Under the pieces are notes generated by a model, which was not told the DNA's origin, did no database searches, and worked only from the letters and a program-made list of their open reading frames with translations. A DNA stretch of 64,000 bases from Eledone cirrhosa (taxonomy: Eukaryota): positions 4,960,001 through 5,024,000 of the forward strand of contig OZ024751.1 of NCBI GenBank assembly GCA_964016885.1, written 5' to 3'. Of the stretch, positions 42,531 through 55,187 are shown in pieces; the stretch's first letter is position 1, and every line of letters starts with the position of its first letter. A program made the translations under genes and the position numbers.

Positions 42531-42736
42531 TACCCGATGGACCGGTTGCCTTCCCTTGCTATCTGGCAGGTTTTCTATGGCTGGATGCCCTTCCTAACAC
42601 CAACCACATTTACAGTGTGGACTGGGAACTTTTTACCATGTTATATATATATATATTTGTTAGCAGGGAAAGTGGGCATTAAAACAACAATGATGATATA
42701 TATATATACACATGTAGACATATTATATAAATGAAT

Positions 42737-42790
<54 letters not shown>

Positions 42791-43904
42791 CACATAATTT
42801 TCTTTAATATAAATCTTGTGTGTGTACATGTGTCAATGTATACACACAGACACACAAGTCAGCTGGTCATTTTGGTACCATGATAAAAAGCACCCAGTCC
42901 AATGTGGACGGGTATCCAGCTGTAGAAACCAAACCAGAAACAGTTATGTATGGGCAAGACATTGTCACCTGATCTGACTTGTCTCACAATAGGACAACTT
43001 GTCTAACCCATGCTAACATAGAAAAATAGACATTAAACGGTGGTGATGAGGATGATGGTGATGATGATGATGATGATGATGATGATGACGGTCTAATGTT
43101 TAGTAGTTACATATTGTATGTTTATATTGGATAAATTTCTTGTGGTAAATATTGTATTTCACAGTTAAATTACCATATATATAAGCTGACCCCCTCCCCC
43201 AATTGTATCTGAGAAATGGGCAAAAATCCAAACCTCGTTTCTAAGCTGAGGCAGCTGATCAACTTATGACACAGTTTTGAAATTCTCCTGAGTGGAGAAA
43301 ATATTTACAAAGTTTTAATATTTTGATATTTAGAATGTTTTAAGTGTTGTTTAGACTCTAATTGACACTTAAAACAATCGATGCACATGTGCATGTGTAT
43401 ATGCGTATGTATGCATACGTGTGTGTAGGGGATATTCATGTACTAAAAAGTTCAAATAATAAAAATTTGTTGGGAATGTTCTGAAGGCATAAATAAAACT
43501 CAGGACAATATAGTAAATGTAGAAAAACAGTGTTTCATGGTGAAATAATCACTCCAGATATTTATGTAGAATTTGAAGTTGGTGATAATTGTCAAAATAT
43601 TGACCCTGAATATAACCTGACCCCACCATTTTACCATCAAAGTTTTGGTGACATATTCCTCGGCTTATATTTGAGTATATTAAGTATGTTAAACAACATA
43701 ACTTGATATTGGAAAACTTTAGTAAATTTCTGCCAACACTAGAATCAAGATGGCTAATAGTAGTGCTAGTATTGTTAGTAACAGAAAGATATGCCATTCT
43801 CAAACATAAATCTTCATCTTGTTCATATCAGAGTTTATGTTTGTACTTTTGCCTTTAAATCTGTCAATTATATCTTGATGACATCACTGTGATCAGAATT
43901 AACT

Positions 43905-44117
43905 CACCACCACCACCACTACTTCTACCACTACCACCACCACCACCACCATCACTACTACTACCACTACTACCATCACTACTACTACCACTACTACTAT
44001 CACCACCACCACCATCATCACCACCACTACTACTTCCACCACCATCATCACCACCACTACTACTTCCATCACCATAACTACTACCACCACTACTACCACC
44101 ATCACCACCATCATCAC
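43905..44117. repeat. (CCA/CTA/TCA)n trinucleotide microsatellite
   Basis: Direct reading. Confidence 0.95.
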
Positions 44118-44927
44118 AATTTAACACCCATTTTGCCACATTTAGCATGGGTTAGACGAGTTGTCCCATTGTGAGTCAATTCAGATCAGGCCAGGTCAAA
44201 TGACCATGTTTTGTTTATGGCTTGATGTTTATGGCTGGATGCATTTCCATAATGCTAACCACATTTACAGAATGTGCAGGATACCATTTATTATATAAGT
44301 TCCATTTATTATATAAGGGTGGTGGATTGGCAGTATCGGTAGAGGGTCGGACGCCATACTTTGACGCATTGAGTTATGGCCCTTGCCATTCTGAGTTCAA
44401 ATCCCGCCGAGGTTAACTTTGCCTTTCATCCTTACGGGGTTGATAAAATAAAATACCAGCAATGCATTGGGATAATTACTGGCCTTGTGTCAAAAGTAGA
44501 AACAATTATATAAGTTCCTTGGCACAGAAAGGAATTATATTTTAACTCCTAATCTTATATCTTAACATTAGCAAGACTTTATTGAAAAATATAAAATAGT
44601 TTAATGCAAATATTCACAGAGATCTCTCTACTAGTAAAATTACTTTAACCCTTTAGCATTGAAACCAGCTGTTTCCAGTCAGAATTCTATCACTTCTTTC
44701 TATTCAACTGGCTGCTCATACTGATGTTAAGGTATTGTTCTCAAATAATTAATATCAAAATCTCATAGATTCTATATTATGTGAGGTAAAGCCTTTACCA
44801 TGAAAATATAATAGTAAATATAGAGTAATATAAATGTTAAAGGGTTAAATATTTGAATTAACAAACCCGTTTTTTAATATTTTCTACTCAACCATTACTG
44901 TATTTGTTTTTTGTTTTATTTTTTCAG

Positions 44928-44968
44928 ATGAAAAAGATATTGTTAAGAAGAAAGCCCTAAAAGCAAAG
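44928..44968 (+). CDS. ULK3: 41-nt host exon, MIT domain segment (Y)EKDIVKKKALKAK, ULK3-like
   Basis: Strong polypyrimidine tract + CAG acceptor, AAG|GTTAAT donor; joins in phase 0 to the next exon. Confidence 0.65.
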
Positions 44969-46723
44969 GTTAATATATTTTTTGACAAATATGTCATATC
45001 ATACATGTGGTATTGTAAGCTCATAGAACTTCTTTCATTCATCATCATCATCATCGTCACCATCATCATCATTGTCATTTAATGCTAGTTTTTCCTGCTG
45101 GTAAGGGTTGGATGGATTGTAACAGACCAGTTAGTACTCAAGCAGAGTTACTAACCTCTCAGGCTGGGTGGCCTGTATTTCACTTACATATTTACCTGTA
45201 CTCTATTGATTGCTCTGATGGGCCAGGAGCCTGTATCTGGCTTACACATGATCCCATATTTTACCAAGTGCATTTTATAATGGTACTATGAGAAAATGCA
45301 CCCAGTACACTGTGTAAAGTGGTTGGTATTAGGAAACGTAGCCAGTCAAAGAAATCAGGCAAAAAATGGAATGTCCAAGCAAGACATAGTCATCAAACTG
45401 TCTACGAAGACAGTAACTTTGAATAAGGACACAATTCATGCTGACCTATTCAACCCACACTATAAAAACTAGATGTAAAATGATGATAATGATTTATTAA
45501 TATGTCACAGCCCATGTTTCACTACCATGCAGCATTACACTTCATACACAGGTATCATACAGTCATCCTTTTAGTATGTAAGGAAAAACCTTTTGTTGTC
45601 AACTGTGGGAGTAGTTCTCTAAATTGCAGCTATATGTATTTATTGTGGACCCCAGTGAGAGATAGATAGAGAGGGAAAGAGAGATGTCCTACTCCCAGGT
45701 ACACATAGCTGAGGACAAGATGTAGCTAAGTTCTCTTGACAGCTTCTCTACAAGAACAGGTTTTTCTTTTTCTTTCTCAGGAATGAGAGTCCAGAATTTC
45801 ATGTCAGCCTTGCAACAATTTAGATGATAAACAACAACAACAACAACAACATACTCAAGTTAATTACATTTAAATGGGAAACATATAACAATTAAACCTA
45901 AGAATTATTAGAAATTTACCACACTCTTAAGTGGTATAATTATAGCACTCAAGTAGAAGCATTAATTTTTATGTTTCAAACGCATCTATTTATTTGTTTA
46001 ATTGTTAGTTATTGTTATTGTTGTTGGTGTTGCAACCCCCCCCCCCCCCCCCCCCTTCTCACTAATAACTCTACATTATTGTAATCCAAAGCAGCTGAAT
46101 CTAATGCTGTAATTAACCTAGCTGAAAATTGTTGCTATTATATTGTATGTAGCTATTATAAAGAATATATGGCTTGAAAACAGTTGCTGCCATAATCTGT
46201 ATAAATAGATATCATCTTTCATGTAAAACTGTGCGGAAGAAGACAATCTGGAGATGATTGTCTAATCATAAAACTTCTGTACATCATAAGAGTCAACAAG
46301 TAGGGCACCATGTAACCATTAGACCTGCTGGAAATAGCAGCCAACATCTCTCTCAAATGAAACTCTTGGAAAAAGGATAAAACACATTGGATAAGGTATT
46401 TGTATGCATGTATGAATATGTGTGTTTGGACCCATAACATCTTGTGGGGTTAGAAAGGTGACAATGTAATATATGGCATTTCTTGAGCCTTTTAAACTTG
46501 GCAGAGCCCATTCACTCTCCGGGTGTGAACACAGTTGATTTCTTCTCCGCTTTATCTTTTCCATTTATGGTGGAAGCTGCTGACACAATTCCCTGCTGGT
46601 GTATTTTTTTGTTTCCATGAAACATTAAGTACCACATGTAACATTCTTGTATAGCAGCCATCACTTCTCTTTTTTCGTTGCTTTGATGATGATAACCACC
46701 TTTTCTTGTCTTTTTATTCACAG

Positions 46724-46862
46724 GTCCAAACATATTTTAATCGTGCAGAAGAGCTGAAGCAAATTCTAAAACCTAAAACCTCACCTCATCGCAAGGCACA
46801 ACAACGGAATACCAGTTGCAGTACAGTGAAGACACCTCCACAAAAACCTCTTTAAAAACTAA
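46724..46862 (+). CDS. ULK3: Host exon VQTYFNRAEELKQILKP... (MIT helix 3, ULK3-like); in-frame TAA at 46853-46855
   Basis: TTTTTATTCACAG acceptor; joined peptide resembles recalled ULK3 MIT1 YEVDAQRKEAIKAKVGQYVSRAEELK; 3' boundary uncertain. Confidence 0.65.
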
Positions 46863-47569
46863 GTAAACTAAAAAAAACATTTTTCAATTTTGTAATTTAT
46901 TCTGTGACTTTTGATAGATGCTGGTTTCCAGAGGAGACACAGCTTCACTTGTAACATAATAGCAATGGAGTTCATAAGTTTCCCAATATAGTCCACTGAA
47001 ACCAGTTGATTTACTTAAACCTTTTATTACCATATTTCTAATGAAATACACTGCTGTTTCAATTAATTTTGAAAATAACTAAACATTTGAATGGATTTAA
47101 CCTTTCATTACCATATTTCCAATGAAATATACTACCTTTCTATTTCAAATCATTTTGAAAATAACTAAATATTTGGATTTTTTTCAGAGATGAAGAGATA
47201 GTGATTGAAAGAAAGTGATAAAGAAATACAGAAGAAGAATTGACCTCAGTATAGGAGTGGTACTTTATTTATTGATGTCAAAGTGATGAAAAGTGATGAA
47301 AAGTGAGGTTGACCTCAGCGGGATTTGAACTGAGACACACAGAGAGAGCCAGAACACATACCACAAAACATTCTATCTAATGTTCTAAAGATTCTGCCAT
47401 TCGCTACCTCTCTCACATAATACACTGTACAAAATTTAATGAGAAAGAAAATTGTATATATTTTTGTTTTGTTTTGTATATTTTATTAATGCGTATGTTT
47501 ATCATCATCATCATCATCATCATCATTTTACGTCCGCTTTTCCCCTATATATATGTGTGTGTGTGTGTG

Positions 47570-47910
47570 GATTAACAGTGTCAATGTGCATGAATGACCA
47601 AGCATGGATGAGTTGAAAGAGAAACTGTGTACAAGAGGAATAAACTGTAGTGTGTAGGAGAGAAGACTGCATTGGTATAGCCATGTGATGTACATGGATG
47701 ATGACTGCTGGGTGAAGAAGTGCCAATTAATCCCAGTGGAAGGAAAACGCAGTAGAGGAAGACCACGCAAAACATATGTGGAGGTGGTGAGAGCTGAAGC
47801 TCACAGAGGAGATGACAAAGGACTGTGACAAGTGGAGAGATGCTGTGCTGAAGAGGACCCGTCCCACCCTTGCAAGCAGGGAAAAGCGGATATAAAATGA
47901 TGATGATGGT
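47570..47910 (+). mobile_element. Old RTE 3' fragment; other RTE/SINE tail remnants at 36040-36440, 38425-38815, 40514-40632, 42530-42640, 42870-43090, 44115-44285, 45490-45625
   Basis: Degenerate RRL.WY.HVM...RGRPRK coding; GGATGCCCTTCCTAACACCAAC motif; (ATG)n tails. Confidence 0.75.
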
Positions 47911-49052
47911 GTGTGTGTGTGTGTGTGTGTGGTTTGCTGGAATTTTACCAAATACTTCTAGATGTGAGTGATCTGGAATTCTTGACCAAATTTTGGTTAA
48001 TGACACTTTAAGCACTTCTTTAAAAAGAAAATGTCAACAGGTGCCATAGACACAAACACACTCATGGGTACACACAGTCACACACACATATGCACACTTA
48101 CACACACTTGCATACACACTCTCACACACACATATGCATTCACACTTATGTACAGATTTAATTTGATCCTTCTTCTCTGCCGATTTATTCCTGACAGGGG
48201 CGTGAAGGCAGAGTCTCAAACATGCATTCCAGCGGGTCAAAAGTAACTGTTTCCAATTGATATGGGTGGATCACCAAGCAAGAACAGATGAGTTCATGGA
48301 TGTTATCCAACTATCTTGCTCGTGGTCAACTCCTTGATCTTCTGCCAATTGGTTTTGCCTGTAAAATTTGTCCAGCAAATCTTAGGCATTCTGACCATAT
48401 GCCCGCAGTATCAGAGTTAGGATCTCTCAATTCTAAGAAGTAGCAGCTGTACTTGGAGTGACTCTTTCAAGTTATGTTACTCCAAAAATGCTTTGGTGGA
48501 ACAAGAAACATAACTAGGGAAAATAGCGCCTATGGCAAGCAGTGAAATTGCACCCCTGCCTAGCACTGTATTTTTACCTATGGGTCTAATAATTTATATA
48601 AATGGTTTAATGATCCAGCCACCATAGTATTCTCATCCATGATAATCAGAGACAGATCATATATGTGAAGGAGTTTCTTTTTTCACTCTCCAACAAGGCA
48701 CTTATTTGACTTTAATAGAACATGTTCCTAGTCCAAGTGGCACTCCCTTCATGTGGTATGCTTGACATACTCTAGTTACACCTCTGGGTGGAACCCCATG
48801 TCAGCTGCTTGTATTCACAATTATATTCTTTCAGTCATTGCTCAAGATCAATCTCTGAAATTTCTATTTTCGTTATTTTCTGTTGAGAAGTTGTATTTGA
48901 TAAATCCAGTTGTAGTAAATTCCCTCTAAAACATAAACATGGGGCCAGACCGGAGTCTACAGAGGTTGGCAGTTGAAATTAAGTGGAGCAAGAAAAGGAA
49001 GAAAAGGAAAGGATTTTCCAGTCTGGCTCAGAATGTGACAACCTCTCTACTG

Positions 49053-49778
49053 CTGGTGTCATGATAAAATGTACCCAGAGCACACTGTCAAGTGTTAGTG
49101 TTGGTACCATGATAAAATATACCCAGACCATACTGTAAAGTGTTAGTGTTGGTACCATGATAAAATGTACCTAGATCACTCGGCAAGTATTGTGTTGGTA
49201 CCATGATAAAATGTACCTAGTCGACTGTGTAAAGTGTTAGTGTTGGTATCATGATCAAATTTACCCAGACCATGCTGTAGTGTTAGTCTTGGTACTATGA
49301 TAAAATGTCAGTGTTGGTACCATGGTAAAATGTACCCAGTCCACTGTGTAAAGTGTTGTGTTGGTATCATGATAAAATGTCAGTGTTGGTACCATGATAA
49401 AATGTACCCAGTCAACTCTGTAAAGCGTTGTGTTGGTATCATGATACAATGTACCCAGTCCATTCTGTAAAGTGTTAATTTTGGTACCATGATAAAATGT
49501 ACCCAGTCCACTCTATCAAGTGTAGTGTTGGTATCATGATAAAATGTACCCAGTCAAATCTGTAAAGTGTAGTGCTGGTACCATGATAAAATGTACCCAG
49601 TCTACTCTATCAAGTGTAGTGCTGGTACCATGATAAAATGTACCCAGTCAACTCTGTAATGCGTTGTGTTGGTATCATGATAAAATGTACCCAGTCCATT
49701 CTGTAAAGTATTAATTTTGGTACCATGATAAAATGTACCCAGTCTACTCTATCAAGTGTAGCGTTGGTATCATGACAA
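49053..49778 (+). repeat. ~50-55 bp minisatellite derived from the RTE/SINE 3' tail
   Basis: Unit GTTGGTACCATGATAAAATGTACCCAGTC.ACTCTGTAAAGTGT; compare 42873-42900 and 52131-52170. Confidence 0.85.
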
Positions 49779-49846
49779 ATATATTAATAAGATAAATAAA
49801 TAAATATATATATACATATTATATATATATACTTATATATACATAT

Positions 49847-49930
<84 letters not shown>

Positions 49931-50958
49931 GGAGGCACATGGCTTAGTGGTCAGAGAAAGACACTTTATTTCACATTGCTCCAGTTTACTCAGCTGTAGA
50001 AATGAGATGCAAAGTGGTCGTGCAGGTGCCATGGCAAAAAGGCACCCAGCACTCACTGTAAATGAGGTTGGTGTTAGGAAGGGCATCCAGCTGTAGAAAT
50101 CAAGCCAGAATCAGTTCCCGTCCCACCCTTGCAAGCAGGGAAAGAGCAGACGTAAAATGAAATGATGATGATGATGATATATATATATATATAAAAATAG
50201 AGGTGTAACACACGAGTTGTGATATATTAGTAAAAAGGAAAAGAAAATGCTGACAAATTTTTCCCAGTGAAAAATAGTTTAATTAGGAATAAGTATAAAT
50301 TAGTAATAAGTATTGGTTAGTATTCAGTTTTAGTTTTAAGTTTTTACCGGTTGCGCATTTCTTATGCTTTTCAAAAATAAGTTTGAGATAGAGTGCTTGT
50401 GATATTTCAAAAATCACGAGCATTCTATACATTTTATGTCATCATCATCATCATCATCACCGTTTTACGTCTGTTCTTCCATGCTAACATGAGTTAGACG
50501 GGACATCATCATCATCATCATCATCATCATTTCATTTTACATCCGCTTTTTCCCTGCTTGCAAGGGTGGGACGGGAACTGATGCTGGCTTGATTTCTACA
50601 GCTGGATGCCCTTCCTAACACCAACCTCATTTACAGTGAGTGCTGGGTGCTTTTTTACCGTGGCACCTCCACGACCACTTTGCAGTGGAATGATAGGGAC
50701 CCCAGTCCCTATCATCTCATTTCTACAGCTGAGTAAACTGGAGCAATGTGAAATAAAGTGTCTTGCTCAAGGAAACAACACATCACCCAGTCTGAGAATT
50801 GAACTCACAACCTTTCGATTGCAAGGCCAATGCTCTAACCACTAAGCCATGTGCCTCCATATATATATATATATACATAAAACGAAGAAGTTGTGGTAAG
50901 GAACCTAATGGACCATAACGCACCAGAGTACTCAATACTTAGGGTAGTAGAGTGGGTA

Positions 50959-51053
50959 ATAGGAAAATGTATGACCCCGACGACAGAGCTCAAGTCCAGA
51001 AATAGCCGTCGAAATGGCTTGAGCTCTGCCTTCGGGGTCATACATTTTCCTAT
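50959..51053. repeat. ~38-bp-arm hairpin at the end of a short insert in (TA)n
   Basis: ATAGGAAAATGTATGACCCCGA..TCGGGGTCATACATTTTCCTAT. Confidence 0.85.
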
Positions 51054-51146
51054 ATATAAATATATATACACATATACATCTTATATATATATATATATAC
51101 ATACATATATATATACATATATATATATATACATATATATACATAT

Positions 51147-51177
<31 letters not shown>

Positions 51178-51345
51178 AAAGTACCAGTAATACACTGGGT
51201 ATTTGCTGGCCTTGTGCCTAAAGTAGAAACAATTATATATATATACATATATATATGTATACATATATAATATGTATGTATATATATATAATACATGTAT
51301 ATATATAATATATGTATATATATATAATATGTATATATATATAAT

Positions 51346-52385
51346 ACAATGGGTACACAAGAGATGTAGCGGGATCTCAGGAAGCTTAATTAAGAATGTA
51401 GGATTCACATGCAGCAGCTGTGCTGAAACAGCAAGCAAACAGCCACAGGAAACAAGTACCACCAATCTCTGGGAGGGCTCTGTAGAAACAGTAGACAGCT
51501 TCTGCTACCTAGGTGACCGAATTAGCAACGGAGGTGGGTGCTCAGAAAGTACAATAACTAGGGTAAGAACGGGATGGAAGAAGTTTAGGCAACTACTACC
51601 ACTGCTAGCTGCAAAAGGCTTCTCCCTCAGAATGAAAGGCAGACTGAATGATGCGTGTATCCGAACAGCGATGTTGCATGGTAGTGAGACCTGGGCGCTG
51701 AAGGTGGAAGACTTACGTAGGTTAGAGAGAAACGAAGCCTGCATGCTCCGATGGATGTGTAACAGTAATATACGTGAACGACAAAGCATAAAGGAATTGA
51801 GAGAGAGACTGAGCATAAGAGGAATCAAATGCTGCGTGCAGGAGAGACGGTTACGCTGGTATGGACATGTGATGCGTATGAAGGATGACAGCTGCATAAA
51901 AAGGTGCAGAGCACTAGAAGTTGATGGAAACCGCGGAGTGGGGAGACCCAAGATGACTTGGGATGAGGTGATAAAAGCCGACCTTACCCAACTACACCTC
52001 TCAAAGACAATGACACACGACCGTGACTTCTGGCGTCACGCAGTAATACAGGGTACCCGACCTCCCATGGGTACATGCTGAAGCATATAAACAATATGCC
52101 CCCACTCCCCCCACCGCAAGGTGGTCGTGGAGGTGCCACGGCAAAAAAGCACCCAGCCCACACTGTAAAGTGGACGTGTAGGCGCCACGAAAAAGCACCC
52201 AGCACTCACTGTAAATGAGGTTGGTGTTAGGAAGGGCATCCAGCTGTAGAAATCAAGCCAGATCAGTTCCTGTATGAGCAAGGCATGGTCAGCCGACCAG
52301 ACACTGCCCACAACAGGACAACCCGTCTAACCCATGCTAGCGTGGAAGAACGGACGTAAAACGGTGATGATGATGATGATGATGA
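51346..52385 (+). mobile_element. 5'-truncated RTE LINE, close copy of 40645-41675
   Basis: QWVHKRCSGISGSL..RPPMGT nearly identical; same 3' UTR and (ATG)n tail. Confidence 0.95.
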
Positions 52386-52460
52386 TATATACATATTATA
52401 TATATACATATATACATATTATATATACATATTATACATATATACATATTATATATATAC

Positions 52461-52498
<38 letters not shown>

Positions 52499-52499
<1 letters not shown>

Positions 52500-54918
52500 T
52501 GGAACAGTAAGGTGGAGGGGTCAATTAAAGCCAAAAAGCAGGCTTGGAAAGTATGGCGGGATGGGGGAAGTAGAGAAGACTATCAAGTGGCCAGGAGGGA
52601 AGCTAGGAGACAAGTGTACTTCGCAAGAAGGGAAGCAGAGGAAAGAAAGTTCAAGCATGTTCTACAACGCGAGGACCAAAAACGTGAGGTGTTCAGGATT
52701 GCTAGGCAATGTGTCAAGGAAAACCGTGATATTGTCGGGGAGAAGTGTGTCCGTAATGATGACGGCGTACTTGCCATCACCGACGCTGATAAGAAGGTAG
52801 CTTGGAAGTGTCACTATGAAAGGCTACTAAATGAGGAGAATAAATGGGAGAAAGACAGTCTCCCCCACATCGACCCAATAGAGGGACCAGCAGTGTTAGT
52901 CGAGGGTAGTATAATAAGTAAGGCAATCAAGGATATGAAGACGGGTAAGGCGGCTGGGCCTTCGGAAATAGTTGCTGAGATGCTGAAGGCATCTGGCACG
53001 GTGGGACACACCATGGTCACCCGGATAGTTAACCAAGTCGTACAGAATGGGGTTGTTCCGAAGGACTGGCATAGCAGCATCATTGCTAACTGTTATAAGG
53101 GTAAAGGAGATGCCCTAGATAGGAGTAACTATAGAGGCATTAAATTAATCGACCCGGTCATGAAGGTCACGGAAAAAGTAATAGCGCAACTAATCAGAGA
53201 GAGAATTGACCTAGATGAAATGCAGTTCGGGTTTGTGTCAGGCAAAAGTACCACAGACGCTCTTTTCATTGTACGTCAACTACAGGAGAAGTACCTAGCT
53301 AAAGGTAAACCCCTCTACTTAGCTTTAGTCGACTTAGAGAAAGCCTTCTACAGAGTCCCTCGTTCCATTATCTGGTGGGGCCTTAGAAAACTAGGTGTCG
53401 ACGAATGGCTTGTGAGAGCTATACAAGCCATGTATAAAGAAACAGTCAGCAAGGTTAGAATTAACAACGAATATAGTGAAGAGTTTAGCGTAAAAGTTGG
53501 CGTCCATCAGGGCTCTGTTCTCAGCCCCTACTATTTATTATTGCCCTTCAGGCTATAACAGAGGAGTTCAAGAACATCTGCCCATGGGAACTCCTATACG
53601 CAGACGACCTGACACTCATAGTTGAATCAATGGCCGAGTTAGAGAAGAAATTCCAAACATGGAAGCACGGCCTAGAATCAAAAGGCCTTAAAATTAACCT
53701 GGCTAAGACTAAAGTTCTAGTTTGTAGGAAAGAAAATAAGGCAGCGGTCCCTTCCGGGAAATGGCCATGCTCAGTGTGTAGGAAAGGCGAAGGTTGAAAC
53801 TCCATTTTATGTCCCAAATGCAAAGTATGGGTGCATAAAAGATGTAGTGCGATCACAGGTAAGCTAACTAAGAACATAGATTTTACATGTGGGCGGTGCT
53901 CTGGTGCAATAAGTAGCAGCAAGTGCCCACAAAATACTAGCTCTTACAACTGCGCAGAGGGCTCTATAGAAATAGTGGACAGCTTCCATTACCTGGGTGA
54001 CAAAATCAGCAGTGGGGGAGGGTGCTCTGAAAGTACAGTAGCTAGAGTCAGAACTGGATGGAAAAAGTTCAGAGAGCTTATACCACTATTAGCCGCTAAA
54101 GGGTTCTCCCTAAAAATGAAAGGCAGGTTGTATGATGCCTGCATATGAACAGCAATGTTGCATGGCAGTGAAACCTGGGCATTGTGTGCAGAGGATATAC
54201 GCAGACTAGAGAGGAACGAAGCTTGCATGCTCCGCTGGATGTGTAATAGTAATATACGTGAACGGCAAAGCATAAACGAACTAAGGAAAAAATTAGAAAT
54301 AAGAGGGATCAGATGTTGTTTACTCGAGAGAAGGCTACGTTGGTTTGGACACGTGATGCGCATGAAAGTCGATAGCTGTATAACAAAGTGCAGGGCAATA
54401 AAGATAGACGGTAGCCAAGGAATAGGCAGACCTAGAAAATCCTGGGACGAGCTGATGAACTCCGACCTCACACACACCTCTCCAAGACAATGTCACTGGA
54501 CCGAGACCTTTGGCGGTACTCAGTAATAGAGAAGACCCACCTTACCTAAATACATAGTAAAACCTACTACAGCCAGTAGGCATCTCTAACAAAACACCCC
54601 CCGTCCCCCCTCCTATGTAAAGTTATGTTGGTGCCACACCATCCAGGCCGAAACAAATGAGATCGTGTAGGTGTCACGACAAAAAAACACACAGTCCACG
54701 CTGTAATGTGGCCGTGTAGGCAACACGGTAAAAACCTCCCAGACCCACACTGTAAATGTGGTTGGTGTTAGGAAGGGCATCCAACTGTAGAAAACCTGCC
54801 AGACAGTCCTATGCGAGCAAGACAATCACTCTTGCCTCAAGTGGGAATACCCCCGTCCAAACCCATGCAAGCGTGGAACACGGACGTTAAACGTTGATGA
54901 TGATGATGATGATGATGA
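52499..54918 (+). mobile_element. 5'-truncated RTE LINE, second subfamily (frameshift ~53530, stops at ~53794 and 54146)
   Basis: KAAGPS..AEMLK, NYRGIKL, DLEKAF, GVHQGSVLSP, LYADDL, HGSETW; (ATG)n tail. Confidence 0.95.
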
Positions 54919-54957
54919 TATTATATATATATACGTATTCTCTATATATATATATAC

Positions 54958-55010
<53 letters not shown>

Positions 55011-55049
55011 GTATATATATATATATATACACGTTAAACAATGATGATG

Positions 55050-55082
<33 letters not shown>

Positions 55083-55187
55083 CATATATATATACAAATA
55101 CATATACATATATATATATACGTTAAACGATGATGATGATGATGATGATGATGATGATATATATACATATATTATATATATATATAT

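Noticed and set aside
43864-44148. Gly/Ser-rich or Pro/Leu-rich ORFs
   Set aside because: Translation of a trinucleotide microsatellite
49053-49778. CRISPR-like regular repeats
   Set aside because: Eukaryotic context, spacers are themselves repeated, no cas genes; it is a minisatellite
40645-52385. Large inverted repeat formed by RTE copies around the exon island (composite transposon?)
   Set aside because: Different 5' truncation points and unrelated flanks indicate independent insertions
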